Shown piece by piece: positions 11,001 to 20,700 of a stretch of 64,000 nt of DNA. The number at the start of each line of letters is the position of its first letter. Positions within the stretch are counted from its first letter, which is position 1. Source of the stretch: an uncultured Acidobacteriota bacterium (lineage in GTDB: Bacteria > Acidobacteriota > UBA6911 > RPQK01 > JAPXNP01); the NCBI GenBank assembly GCA_963777605.1, contig CAVZRV010000029.1:320001-384000 (forward strand), given 5' to 3'. The position numbers were made by a program, and so were the translations under genes. A model generated the notes under the pieces. It saw only the letters and a list, made by a program, of their open reading frames with translations, was not told the DNA's origin and searched no databases.

Positions 11001-11623
11001 AAGGTTCGACGATTTCGCCTTTCGAGCGAGGTCGGACCAAGACGCTGGCGGTCGATGACGTCCCCCAGACGCTGTCGATCTCGTTCATTTATGAACTCCC
11101 GGGTATCGGTGATGGTGCCGTACGGTCAATTACGAGTGGATGGGCCCTGACCAACATCTTCCGTGCCACGTCAGGTGTCCCCTTCTATTTCCGTGATTCT
11201 CCCAATTGTACCCTTCCGGGACAGTTCCGGATGCGATGTATCCCGAACTACAACGACGGAAGCCTCTACGCTCAGGACAAGGGAAGTTTCGATCCCGCCA
11301 ATGGGCCGCTCTTCAACGCCAGCGCGTTCGAGACGATTCAGCCCTACGAGCAGGGTACCGGGACACCCATCACCAACGAGCGTGGTTTCGGTTACTACAA
11401 CCACGACTTCTCGGTAGTCAAGAACACTCCTATCGGTGAAGTTGCCCGCTTCCAGTTGCGGTTCGAGTTCTTCAACCTGTGGAACTGGCATACCTTCACA
11501 GGAAGTAGTAACTGGGGTTCTCTGCCGTTCGATGTTTCACTGAGTAGTTCCGATTTCGGTACCTGGAACGGGACGGTGAGTCAACCCAGGGTCATCCAGT
11601 TGGGTGCGAGGTTGGAATTCTAG
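8087..11623 (+). CDS. TonB-dependent receptor, Oar/acidobacterial type with N-terminal carboxypeptidase-regulatory-like domain
   Basis: RBS AGGAGG before ATG 8087; signal peptide; SGAVTDSTGGVVPG, GEVTETVEV, NYEPQYG, LTLNYGLRWD, APRIGIAY, RFEFFNLWN; C-terminal PRVIQLGARLEF beta-signal. Confidence 0.92.
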   Translation: MQNRTFVRAGVLLAAFLLLSPTLSFAQTINASLSGAVTDSTGGVVPGVELDLTSQETGARATYISDDQGRFSFQNLTPGTYDLRATLTGFKEYVQSGIELNINQKARLNVILQVGEVTETVEVVGQPSQLNFENATREEGISPETLQTLPLLFNSGPRSSASFAILMPGVATGATNSAYDSRINGGLVSGDEAIVDGVSMQQGTMSQSGMISINQDFPYSPDMVSEIKVLTSNYEPQYGGTAGATIIAETKAGTGEFHGSGFWYHRNSALNAAAFDQQKSFQLQHNMGFNVGGPVKLPGIWSDKVKTYFYFNHEQWRINGGASSNRISIPSLKNRQGDFSDWIDSSTGNLIPVYDPDTLRANPNYDPTQAAGVNNLPYLRDQFPGNIIPQDRWANSFALSYFRYLPDPTRPGALLNYDAPPVPDIILANTKYYFYRIDTNIGEKDQLYWSSWSQWAPKNTATALPVQLANNTYTDPQNSWVNRLNWTHTFSPNLINHFAIGYLNRNEGYGSINEAYIDDFPKIPGVAAYTHVPVINFSDGYESYSTTNGFGPPNTTTRPTVVGNTLTTWVKGDHTFKFGAEYRDLGQNFHDATNQAGSYSFNRGTTGLFLAGQAGNPVASFLLEQVGSGNVTFRSVDAWYVRQKALAFYGGDTWKMTPKLTLNYGLRWDVFTPAVETRNNSSFFDPTLANPAAGGLLGGLAFADEFEQRTGRNHPEKTWKGGWAPRIGIAYAWDDKTVIRTGYGIFFHQAYCPGWGGCTSLDGYNANPSFSSTNNGMVAAFVLSEGFPQNFERPPFLEPGYQNGQGIYYRPFDANERAYSQQWNLTVERELVQDMMLSVGYVGNTAIHLPSAMAPPNVLNPSLLSQGVALDAIFQPGMTELNGAAIPYDGWIEQMTGCDPSVAQALLPYPQYCGSIQGIDENAGNSSYHSLQLKVDKRFTQGTFLLVSYTWSKLITTSQQTNEPTSGTWSGQGSTISPFERGRTKTLAVDDVPQTLSISFIYELPGIGDGAVRSITSGWALTNIFRATSGVPFYFRDSPNCTLPGQFRMRCIPNYNDGSLYAQDKGSFDPANGPLFNASAFETIQPYEQGTGTPITNERGFGYYNHDFSVVKNTPIGEVARFQLRFEFFNLWNWHTFTGSSNWGSLPFDVSLSSSDFGTWNGTVSQPRVIQLGARLEF

Positions 11624-11655
11624 CCCCGCGCTTGTACTGAAAGTGCTAGACCCCC

Positions 11656-11695
11656 AAGAAGGCCGCCCAAACGGGCGGCCTTCTTTTTCCTTTCT
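11656..11695 (+). terminator. Rho-independent terminator
   Basis: AAGAAGGCCGCCC-aaac-GGGCGGCCTTCTT followed by a T-rich run, about 30 bp after the receptor stop. Confidence 0.85.
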
Positions 11696-11932
11696 TGGAG
11701 TGCGGAAGTGACAACTTCCGCTTTCAACCCTGGCACGGTGGCGGGAAGCGAGAGCTTCCGCTGCGGGGCGGGCCTCCACATACCGAACGTCGGACAAGCT
11801 CCCGGAGGCGGTACCGGAGTGAATTGAGTCGCCTCCCGGGGTTCCCGCCAAAAGGGGAAGCTGTCGCTTCCCAGGTAGAACACAGCCGCTTTCAGGCTGA
11901 GCAAAAGCGGAAGCTTCCGCTTCCGCACCCCA
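11696..11932. repeat. REP/REPIN-like element with 29-bp terminal inverted repeats and four GGAAGY-N4-RCTTCC hairpins
   Basis: TGGAGTGCGGAAGTGACAACTTCCGCTTT (11696-11724) versus AAAGCGGAAGCTTCCGCTTCCGCACCCCA (11904-11932); internal hairpins at 11744 and 11856. Confidence 0.8.
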
Positions 11933-11963
11933 AATCTGAACTGTGGAATGCTTTCGTGTGGCG

Positions 11964-12519
11964 TCACCGGTTCTGCAGTAACCGGGCTGATCGGTTCTTC
12001 GAGTGCGGTCTGAACGTCTCCGATGGCACCGTAGACGATCTTCGCGAACCGGCCATCCTGGTCGATGACGACGTGGGTGGGAGCGCCACGGACGACATAC
12101 AACTCGGCGATGGGGGTGGCGTCGGGTACCACCTGGTACTCGAACTCGTGAGTCTGGAGAAAGTCTCTGAGGGCATCGGAAGGATCGGCAGCGAAGCCGA
12201 TGAATACCACCTCCCGGCCTTCAAAATGTTGAACCAACTGGTTGAGGGCCGGCATCTCGGCGCGGCAGGGCGGGCAGGCGATGAACCAGAAGTTCAGCAC
12301 GACGACTTTACCCCGCAGGGCAGACAGTTTCAGGGCAGCGCCGTCGAGGTCCTGGACGTCGAAGTCGGGTGCCGGATCACCAACCTTGAAAGAGGTCTGG
12401 AAGGGGGATTGCGCCAGGACGCTGCCGGTGCCGGCCAGGGTGATTGAAAGAATCGCCAGGGCCAAGGTTAAAGCAGGAAGAATCCCTCGCGACAGATCAC
12501 GTTGTTTTTGACAGCCCAT
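11964..12519 (-). CDS. TlpA/redoxin-family thiol-disulfide oxidoreductase (true stop 11964; +1 frame break near 11985)
   Basis: GDPAPDF, LRGKVVVLNFWFIACPPCRAEMP, RGAPTHVVID. Removing one C from AGCCCGG gives ISRLLQNR*. The ORF-track extension to 11620 reads through repeat DNA. Confidence 0.88.
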
Positions 12520-12625
12520 TCAGGTAACAGCCTCCAGTTCACTCACGATGCCGAGCGTGACTCGACGCTCCCGATCCCGCCTATCCTACCAGTTCTGGTG
12601 CTGTCTGACGTGAAACTACAAATCG

Positions 12626-12660
12626 CCGGAGACCGGAGACCCGAGACCGTAAAACCGGAG
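12626..12660 (+). repeat. Heptamer tandem repeat, (CCGGAGA)n-like
   Basis: ccggagaccggagacccgagaccgtaaaaccggag. Confidence 0.6.
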
Positions 12661-12750
12661 ATAGACACAGAGCCGGGGTTAAGGCGCAGCCGCGGCCCCG
12701 GGTTCGCCTGGAGAAGTCTCACTCTTTGAATGGTCCAGCATCGCCCCCGG

Positions 12751-12995
12751 ACGGAAGCTTTCGCTTCCTTTCGACCTGCCGGGGTTCAAAGCGGAAGCTA
12801 TCGCTTCGCGCACTCCATATGAATCCTGCAGTACTGACGGACTCGGTCCTGAAGACCGCATCCCCCTCCGGCCTTCTCTTCATCCGCCAACCTGAATTTG
12901 GGCGCCGCCCCCAATGTGGAGTGCGCGAAGCGACAGCTTCCGCTTTTGCCCAACCCGGAACGTCTCAGCCAGGTTCAGGAAGCGAAAGCTTCCGT
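12751..12995. repeat. Second REP/REPIN-like cluster: long imperfect inverted repeat with four GGAAGC-N4-GCTTCC hairpins
   Basis: AAAGCGGAAGCTATCGCTTCGCGCACTCCA (12788-12817) versus TGGAGTGCGCGAAGCGACAGCTTCCGCTTT (12917-12946); outer pair ACGGAAGCTTTCGCTTCCT (12751) and AGGAAGCGAAAGCTTCCGT (12977). Confidence 0.82.
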
Positions 12996-13105
12996 TGCCG
13001 CCAGCTTCAAACTGCATCTTTCGATGGATTGGATGGACATCCGGAGACGCACTTGCTTTACTCGCATACTGAATGCGGGGGAATCGCGATGGTCGGCTGA
13101 GACTT

Positions 13106-13195
13106 GAATCGCACTTTCAGCGCTGCACTGTCGCTTGGTCTCGACGTCCCGGGGCGGTTGCCCCGGGCTGGAAATGACCTTGCGCCGTTGGCGCG
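13106..13195. repeat. Multi-hairpin palindromic element of a different family
   Basis: CGCACTTTCAGCGC, CCCGGGGC-GGTT-GCCCCGGG (13148-13167) and GCGCC-GTT-GGCGC (13182-13194). Confidence 0.55.
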
Positions 13196-13307
13196 CTGGC
13201 CTTGGGGGCCCAACCTTCAGCGCCCGGATTCCTGCTTGAAACTCTGGAAAGTCGAAGGGCTCTCCCGGAACTCGTTCCCGGCCCAGACCCGGGTCCGATG
13301 CGACTCT

Positions 13308-13973
13308 TCATCCCAGAGCACCATCGGGCAGAATTTCGCGAAAATCATTGATTGCCGGGAATTCGTCCTGTTCGCGGGCCGGCCGCCGCGTGTTGGGGCG
13401 CCGGACGGAAATCAGAAACTCGATCCCGTATCTCTGAGCGGACCGGAGAACCGGGAGTGAATCGTCAACGAGCAGCGTGGAGCGGCGGTCGAAGGGTTCT
13501 ACGGCGTCAAGCCGGTCCCAGAACGCGACCTCCTCCTTGGGCAGGCCGAGGTCGTGGGCGCAGATCAGGGCATCCAGAAACCCTCCAAGCTGGGTCTTCC
13601 TCATCTTCAGGCTCAGGCTCTTGCCGTGGGCGTTGGTGACGAGCACTCCGCGTCGCCCGGCCTTCCTTACTGCAAGGAGAAATTCACGGACAAACGGATG
13701 GACGCGGATCAGGTGGTCCACCTCCTGCTTGAGGACAGGAATGTCCAGGCCCAGTTCGCGGCTCCAGAAGTCCACGCAGTACCAGTCGAGAGTCCCTTCG
13801 ATCGACCGGTAACGGCTCAGCAGACTTGCCCGTGCAGCGTCGGGTGTCAGACCGTTCTTCTCGGCGTACCGCAGGGGAACGTGCTCCAGCCAGAAGTAGT
13901 CGTCAAAGTGAAGATCGAGAAGGGTGCCGTCCATGTCGAGCAAAACGGTCTCGATTCTGTCCCAATCAAGCAA
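13308..13973 (-). CDS. yrfG: GMP/IMP nucleotidase (HAD superfamily)
   Basis: WDRIETVLLDMDGTLLDLHFDDYFWLEHVP, GTLDWYCVDFWS, LVTNAH, VDDSLPVL. Confidence 0.88.
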   Translation of the reverse strand: MLDWDRIETVLLDMDGTLLDLHFDDYFWLEHVPLRYAEKNGLTPDAARASLLSRYRSIEGTLDWYCVDFWSRELGLDIPVLKQEVDHLIRVHPFVREFLLAVRKAGRRGVLVTNAHGKSLSLKMRKTQLGGFLDALICAHDLGLPKEEVAFWDRLDAVEPFDRRSTLLVDDSLPVLRSAQRYGIEFLISVRRPNTRRPAREQDEFPAINDFREILPDGALG

Positions 13974-14067
13974 ATTCGAACTTCCTTCCTCAAACTCGGG
14001 TGACTTGCCTTGCCACTGTGTCGAGTGTACCTTCTCTGAGAATCACCGGCATGAAGCTTGAGCTTTT

Positions 14068-14152
14068 GAACCGCCAAAATCGCGAATTCCGCCAAGGTGT
14101 AGAAGGGTTTGCGACCAAGGAATTCTTCGCGTTCTTGGCGCCTTAGCGGTTC
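14068..14152. repeat. Imperfect inverted repeat built of CGCnAA(G) units
   Basis: GAACCGCCAAAATCGCGAATTCCGCCAAG versus CTTCGCGTTCTTGGCGCCTTAGCGGTTC, between lpxD and yrfG. Confidence 0.5.
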
Positions 14153-14193
14153 AGTCAGGGGCGGCACGTCCGTCTCTCCTCGAATGATCCGCG

Positions 14194-15219
14194 TCAACCG
14201 CCCGCCGACTTGAGCTCTTCGACTTCTTTCTGCAACTGCTTGATGATGCGCACCAGGGTCGGGAACTCGTGCATGAGGAGGTAGTTTTTTTTCCAGAGGT
14301 TGCTGTCCATTTCGGGAGTTCCCGAAACCCGTGAACCGGCCGGAACCGAGCGGGCGATCCCTGTCTGTGCCGTCGCAATGACGTCGTCGCTGATCGTCAG
14401 GTGACCGGCCACGCCGACTTGTCCGGCCAGCATGACGCGGTTTTCCACGCGGGTGCTTCCGGCAAGGCCAACCTGGGCGGCGAGAACGTTGTCGTGGCCG
14501 ACCCGGCAGCCATGGCCGACCTGAACCAGGTTGTCGATCTTGGTGCCCCGGCCGATCCGGGTCTCGCCGATGGTGGCCCGGTCAACGCAGGCGTTCGCGC
14601 CCAGTTCCACGTCGTCCTCCAGGACCGCAATCCCGGACTGGACGATCTTGTAGTAAGAGCGGTCTGATCGCGGAGCAAAGCCGAAACCGTCCGCCCCAAC
14701 AATGGCGCCGTTTTGAAGGATGACCCGGTCTCCCAGCCGACAGTGCTCCCGGACCGAAGAGTTGGAGTGGGCGACGAAATGGTCTCCGATCCGGGCGTGG
14801 GGGTAAATGGTCACATTGGGATAGATCGTAGCCCCTTTGCCGATCCGGACATGCTCGCCGATGACGACATTGGCTCCGATGGAGTGGCCTTCGCCCAGTT
14901 CGGCCGTCGTTGCGATAACCGCGGTGGGGTGGATTCCGGGAGCCGGAGAAGGCGGTTGATAGAAGAGCTCGACAGCGCGCGCGAAGTCAAGGTAGGGGTT
15001 TTCCGAGACCAGCGACGGAATTTCAGTGTCAGGGGCGTCGGAAGAGAGTATGATCGCCCCGGCCCGGGTCGAGCGCAGTTGCTTGACATACTTGGGATTG
15101 GAGAGGAAAGTGAGGTCCTGCGACTGGGCATCTTCGATTCCCGCCGGTCCGCGAATTTCCAGCTCTTCCGGTCCCTTCAGCCTGCATCCCAATCGCTTCG
15201 CAATGTCACCTAATTTCAT
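14194..15219 (-). CDS. lpxD: UDP-3-O-(3-hydroxymyristoyl)glucosamine N-acyltransferase
   Basis: FLSNPKY, NPYLDFA, hexapeptide repeats, [33 protein letters not shown]. Confidence 0.96.
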   Translation of the reverse strand: MKLGDIAKRLGCRLKGPEELEIRGPAGIEDAQSQDLTFLSNPKYVKQLRSTRAGAIILSSDAPDTEIPSLVSENPYLDFARAVELFYQPPSPAPGIHPTAVIATTAELGEGHSIGANVVIGEHVRIGKGATIYPNVTIYPHARIGDHFVAHSNSSVREHCRLGDRVILQNGAIVGADGFGFAPRSDRSYYKIVQSGIAVLEDDVELGANACVDRATIGETRIGRGTKIDNLVQVGHGCRVGHDNVLAAQVGLAGSTRVENRVMLAGQVGVAGHLTISDDVIATAQTGIARSVPAGSRVSGTPEMDSNLWKKNYLLMHEFPTLVRIIKQLQKEVEELKSAGG

Positions 15220-15252
15220 ATGTTGATGATAACTTAAGCGCGGTTCCCGAAC

Positions 15253-16845
15253 ATGTCCAGAGGAGAGCGCTCAGCCCGGGCGGCGGGCAAAGTCAGTATT
15301 GCGGTTTTGCTCAGCCGGATTCTCGGTTTGGTCCGCGATCAGTTCTTTGCCAAGCTGTTTGGTGCCGGTCTTTATAACGATGCCTGGCTGGTCGCCTTCC
15401 GCATCCCCAACTTGCTCCGCGATCTGTTTGCCGAAGGAGCCCTGAGCGCCGCTTTCCTTCCCACCTTCACGGAAGCTCTGCGGAAGGAAGGGAGGCCGCA
15501 GGCCTGGCACTTGGCGAACCTGGTCTTTTCCCTGCTTTTGATCGTGCTGGGTGTCTTGACCCTGCTCCTCTTCCTTTTCTCGGATCTGTGTGTGAACCTC
15601 CTGGCAGCAGGCTTTTCCGAGGTCCCGGGAAAGGTCGAAATCACTTCGATCCTGATCAAGATCCTGGCGCCGTTTCTCCTTCTCGTCGCGCTGGCGTCGG
15701 TGGCGATGGGAGTACTCAACGCGCTCAACCACTACTTTCTGCCTGCCCTCGCTCCCGCGCTTTTCAACATTGCCCTGATCGTCACGGCGATATTTGGAGT
15801 CCCGCTGTTCGAGTCGGCAGGAATTCTGCCGATCTACGCCATGGGGGTCGGTGCCATCGTGGGGGGAATCCTCCAGTTCGCGGTGCAGTGGCCGATCATG
15901 CGCCGCGAAGGGTTCCGCTTCGGGTTCAGAATTGACTGGGGTCACCCCGGAATCCGGAGAATCCGTCGCCTCCTCGGGCCGGCTGTAATCGGAGTCAGCG
16001 CCGTCCAGATCAACGTGCTTGTCAACACCCAGTTGGCGTCGTTCCTGCAGGACAACGGACCGGTCTCCTGGCTGAGCTACGCGTTCCGGATCATGTACCT
16101 GCCGATTGGCCTTTTCGGAGTGGCCGTCGGTGTTGTCAACCTCCGCGAAGTTTCCGTTTACGTGGCCCAGGGACGTTTCGACGAGTTGAAGGAGACCGTG
16201 GCCAACTCGGTCAAGCTGGTCTCGTTTCTCTCCATCCCGTCAACGATCGGCCTGATCGTTCTGGCCGGTCCGATCGTACGACTCCTGTTCCAGCGGGGCG
16301 ACTTCACGCCCGCCGACACTCACTTCACCGCCTGGGCCCTGATTGCCTACTCGGTCGGCCTGTTTGCCTACAGCTGCAACAAGGTCTACGTGCCAACCTT
16401 TTATGCCCTCGACGACACCAAGACGCCGGTGCGGATTTCGCTGTTTGCCGTTGCCACTAACCTGGTCGTCAATCTGATCTTGATCGCCACCTTTCCCGAT
16501 GACTACCGTTTTGTCGGACTGGCCATGGGAACGGCGGTCTCCGTGAGTGTCAGCAATTCGCTCCTCTCCTACCGGCTCCGGCGCAGGCTGGGAGGTTTCC
16601 AGGAGTTTGGCATAATCGGCAGCGTGGGTCGGTGTGTTCTGGCGGCGGCGGTCATGGGGACCGGGGTCTGGCTTGCCCTTCCTCTCCTGCAGCGATGGCT
16701 GGGGACGGAGCGGGTGCTCGACCAGGCAGCCGTCCTGGCCCTGGTCATCGGGCTTGGACTGGGGTTGTACATCGGTGGGTGCCGCCTCCTGCGAGTGACC
16801 GAGGTCGAGTACCTGGCAAAGATCTGGCGCCGGGTGGTGTCATGA
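15253..16845 (+). CDS. murJ: Lipid II flippase MurJ/MviN
   Basis: [57 protein letters not shown]. Confidence 0.96.
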   Translation: MSRGERSARAAGKVSIAVLLSRILGLVRDQFFAKLFGAGLYNDAWLVAFRIPNLLRDLFAEGALSAAFLPTFTEALRKEGRPQAWHLANLVFSLLLIVLGVLTLLLFLFSDLCVNLLAAGFSEVPGKVEITSILIKILAPFLLLVALASVAMGVLNALNHYFLPALAPALFNIALIVTAIFGVPLFESAGILPIYAMGVGAIVGGILQFAVQWPIMRREGFRFGFRIDWGHPGIRRIRRLLGPAVIGVSAVQINVLVNTQLASFLQDNGPVSWLSYAFRIMYLPIGLFGVAVGVVNLREVSVYVAQGRFDELKETVANSVKLVSFLSIPSTIGLIVLAGPIVRLLFQRGDFTPADTHFTAWALIAYSVGLFAYSCNKVYVPTFYALDDTKTPVRISLFAVATNLVVNLILIATFPDDYRFVGLAMGTAVSVSVSNSLLSYRLRRRLGGFQEFGIIGSVGRCVLAAAVMGTGVWLALPLLQRWLGTERVLDQAAVLALVIGLGLGLYIGGCRLLRVTEVEYLAKIWRRVVS

Positions 16846-17741
16846 CGGACAGGACGCTTGAGGCTTTCATCAGTTACCTGAGAGTGGAGCGAGGGCTTTC
16901 CGCGAACACCATCGACGCCTACCGGCGTGACGTGCTGGACTTCCTGGAATTTCTCGAACGGCGCAAGCTCCAACTCGACGAGGTGGAAAGGACCGAGCTG
17001 ATGGCCTATCTCCAGGAACTCTATCAGCGCCTGTCTCCGCGTTCGATCAGCCGGAAGATCGTCAGCCTGCGTTCGTTTTATCGATTTCTGAATCTGGACG
17101 GCTACGTGGTGAACGATCCCACCGAGACGATGGAGTCCCCCAAGACCTGGCGGTCGCTTCCCAAGTACCTGACCCAGGAGGAGGTGGAGCGCCTGCTCGC
17201 CACCCCCGACCTGACGACCCGGCACGGAATCCGCGATCGGGCGATGCTGGAAGTGCTCTATGCCAGCGGTCTCAGGGTGTCCGAGTTGGTACGGCTGAAG
17301 AAAGAGTCAATCAACACGGAGGTCGGTTATCTTCGCATCGTCGGTAAAGGAAACAAGGAACGCATCGTTCCGCTGGGGGACAAGGCGATCGAGTCACTGA
17401 AGGAATACCTGCGGGAAGCCTATCCATACTTCGGCCGCCACTCCCCCGCCTCGCGCTTCGTGTTCCTGACCCAGCAGGGGCGTCCCATGAGCCGGCAGTA
17501 CTTCTGGATGACGGTAGAAAAGCTGGGCCGGCTGGCGGGGCTCCGTCAAAAGTTGAGTCCCCACGTTCTTCGGCACAGCTTCGCCACCCACCTCCTGGAG
17601 AACGGCGCCGACCTTCGAGCCGTCCAGATGATGCTCGGACACGCCGACATCTCCACGACGCAAATCTACACCCACGTCACCCGCCAGCGCCTCAAGCAGA
17701 TGTACGACCGGCTGCACCCCAGGGCGGAGTTGGGCCGCTAG
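16842..17741 (+). CDS. xerD: Site-specific tyrosine recombinase XerD
   Basis: ATG overlaps the murJ stop; ERGLSANTIDAYRRD, RDRAMLEVLYASGLRVSEL, GKGNKERIVP, HVLRHSFATHLL, LGHADISTTQIYTHV. Confidence 0.93.
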   Translation: MTDRTLEAFISYLRVERGLSANTIDAYRRDVLDFLEFLERRKLQLDEVERTELMAYLQELYQRLSPRSISRKIVSLRSFYRFLNLDGYVVNDPTETMESPKTWRSLPKYLTQEEVERLLATPDLTTRHGIRDRAMLEVLYASGLRVSELVRLKKESINTEVGYLRIVGKGNKERIVPLGDKAIESLKEYLREAYPYFGRHSPASRFVFLTQQGRPMSRQYFWMTVEKLGRLAGLRQKLSPHVLRHSFATHLLENGADLRAVQMMLGHADISTTQIYTHVTRQRLKQMYDRLHPRAELGR

Positions 17742-20700
17742 TAACTTCCTCCCACAATCGGGACCAGGTAGCCGCCGTTGGGAGCCACGTCGGTCGGCCG
17801 GTTACTGGGTCCGATGATCACGCCGAAGTTGATCGGCAGCGTCACGTCGAGATCGAGCAGGAACGCGTTGATCGCGATGTAGTCGGTCAGGCCGGGTTGG
17901 CGGAAGACGAGGGCGGAGCCGACCGTTTGGCCGGTGACAGCGTTTTTGACCGAGACTTCACCCTCGTATTCGCTGTAGGAGGTATAGGTGGAGAAGTCGA
18001 TTCGGTACTCGACCCCCAGATTCGAAGTGTACGGACTGGTGAGGTCAATGAAAGACGTTGCCCCGGTATTTGGGTTCCGGTCGGTATCCATTTCGAGGTA
18101 TCCCGAAAGGTGGGCCGGGTCGATCGGTCCGTTGAACAGTATTGAGAAGACGATGTTGCCCGGTCCCTCTCCCTGACCACCGACCACGAGGGTCAGATCC
18201 ACCGTGTCAGTGCCAGGATTAAATGTGTCTCCGACGGGGTCGGCAAATCCAGAACCGTACTGCGCGGAACCAACGTTCTTCTGCTGGTTGACGTAGAGGT
18301 CGGGGACGGGAACGAGAGCGGCCCGGGTGGTTCCTCCGGAGGCCTCGCCAATGAGGATGCCGGAGTTGCCCGTGAAGTCGTTGTCCACCGGGAGGTAGGA
18401 GATCTCCTGGACTCCTGCGTCGCTCAACCAGTTTATGTCGAAGTTTCCTGAAGGACCGGCGAGGACGATCCGGTCGGATTCCTGGTCGGCGATTAGGACC
18501 TGGAACGCAGCGGGGCAGGGGATTTCCTTCCGGTAAAGCCCAAGAATCTGTCCCGCCGAACCCAGGTTGAGAATCGTGCGACTCTCTCCGGTCAACCGGT
18601 CGTACTCGAGAAGTCGCCCGGTTCCATCGGTAACGTAGATGTTTCCGGTACAGGCGTCGACTGAAACGCCGCGGGCGTTGTTGATGCCGCTGATCAGCGT
18701 TGCAACCTGGGGATCGTCGGAAACCGACGCCAGGGACGCACCGCTTGTGGTCAGGTCGGTTTCCAGGCTGGTTCGTTCGACGCTCCAGATACCGGAAGCA
18801 TCGGCGACCAGGAGGTTTCGGGTGACCGGGTCGAATGCCATCGAATTGGGCTGGTCCAGGCCGGACCAAACCGAAACCAGGGCCGTTCTCGGCTCGCGAG
18901 GATCGAATCGGAGGATCTCTCCCCCGGCCTGGTCACAAAAGAGAAGATACTCGTTGCCGTCGCCGGCGGTGAAGTCGAGCATCTTGACGATGTTCTTTCC
19001 GGAATAACCCCGAATGCGGGTTCGGACTCCTGCCGACGTTGCCGAATAGATGTCGGTCGATGGTCCGGCCTGGGGATTCATCCCGGAACTCGTGACCCCT
19101 GACTGCAATTCGGCGCTATAGAGTAGTTTGAGGCTCCTGAGGTAGGTCAGCGACTGAACCACACCGGTGCCCTGAAAGAGAACCTCTTTGGCCAGCACGT
19201 CAACCGAGGCGCCGCCCTTGGCATTGCCCGCCTTGCCTGAAATCGTCACCGGCAGGGCCAGGGTGGAAGGATCGGATCCGGGCGCCGTGTAGACTCCGGT
19301 CGCACTGATGACGCCAACCTGGGCGCTGCCCGACTCGACCCCGTTGACGTCCCACTGGACCCCGGACTGCGGCTTTCCCTCGCCGTCAAGCGCAGTAAAT
19401 TGCGTGGTTTTGCCGGGCTGGACCACGGCCAGGGGAGGGTTGATCTTGATCGACGGCAGGGCCGCGTCGGGCTGATAGTCTGATGGTGCCGGCTGGGGAG
19501 GGATATTTGCCAGAACGAGGTGTTGGTCGGCGTCATTGCCGTTCGGAGCGGTCCCGAACAGGGATGTCAGGTAGGCTGGCTGTTCCGTCTTGACCCAGAT
19601 AAATCCGCCCGACTGCCCGTCGGCCGCATTATCGGGTATCAACTCGGTGATCAACTTGCTGATCCGTTCCCCCGGCTGCAGGACTCCGTCGAAGATCCCG
19701 AGGGAGGCCCCGGTTGCTTTGTTGAAAGCCATGACCCGATAGGGATTCGCGATTTGGCCGGGATTCAGGATCGCGACGCCCGTGAAATACCCCAGCGAAG
19801 TCGCCACGTGCGAGAAGATCGCCCGGTCCATGGCCTCAGGCTGGGAGGCTACCGCGGCGGCTGAACCGAAGGCCGGAATTCCATAAGTCACGAAGCCGGT
19901 CATCGCAGGCCCGGAGCTTTCGACCTTGAGCCATCCGTCGACCGTGTTGTCTCCACTGAAGCCGAACAGCTCCGCCACATCCCGGTAGACTGCGTTGCCG
20001 GCCGGGAGGGTAATGAGTGCGGGGTTCGATCCCTGCAGGGCGTTTCCCTGGTACAGGTTGCCGCTCGATTCGCGGGCGGAGACGGTGGCGATAATCGGGG
20101 TGTCGGAAAGGTTGACCAGCCCGAGGTTAGTGACCCAGGGTCCCAGGACGGCCATTTGCGGGAAGTAGAGGATGTCGAGCCCCTCGCTGGTCGGGCGCGC
20201 ATTCAGGCCGACCAGGTCCTGCCCCTGGGAACGGACCATTTCAAACCCGCCGATCGGAGCGCTGCCGGTGACCAGAAGGAACGTACCGTCGGGAGCGGCT
20301 TCCACGCCGAAGTTCTGTTTGAGGTCGAGCCGTACAATGCCTTTTGCCGGGACGGTGACTGCACCGGTGGCCGATTTCGGAGCTCCCTCTCCGCCGACAA
20401 AGAGCTGCAGGTCCAGTTCAGAGGCCTGCGTCCCGGGGTTGATAATGTTGATCTCCGTGGAGTATCCCTCTCCTTCCCGAATGCGGGGAAAAACCAGTTT
20501 CCGGCCCGACTCGGGGAGGTCGGCACCGTCGAACAGGGTGATCGACCCATCAAGGAAGAGAAAGAACCCGGTGATGCCGTCGGAGGTACTTGTCGCCTGC
20601 ATCCAGCCGAACTGGCTTGCTGGAAGGGAAGCCCCAAAGATCTCCGTGGTTGTCAGAGCAATCTGCCGGAGGGCCGGAATGGTCAGTTGGACCGTGTTCT

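Noticed and set aside
11696-12995. Repeats as a CRISPR array or integron attC sites
   Set aside because: Units alternate in orientation, spacing is irregular, there are no cas genes, and I did not find attC RYYYAAC/GTTRRRY ends.
16842-17741. Tyrosine recombinase as an island or prophage integrase
   Set aside because: XerD-type sequence, coupled to murJ, with no att sites, tRNA or mobile cargo nearby.
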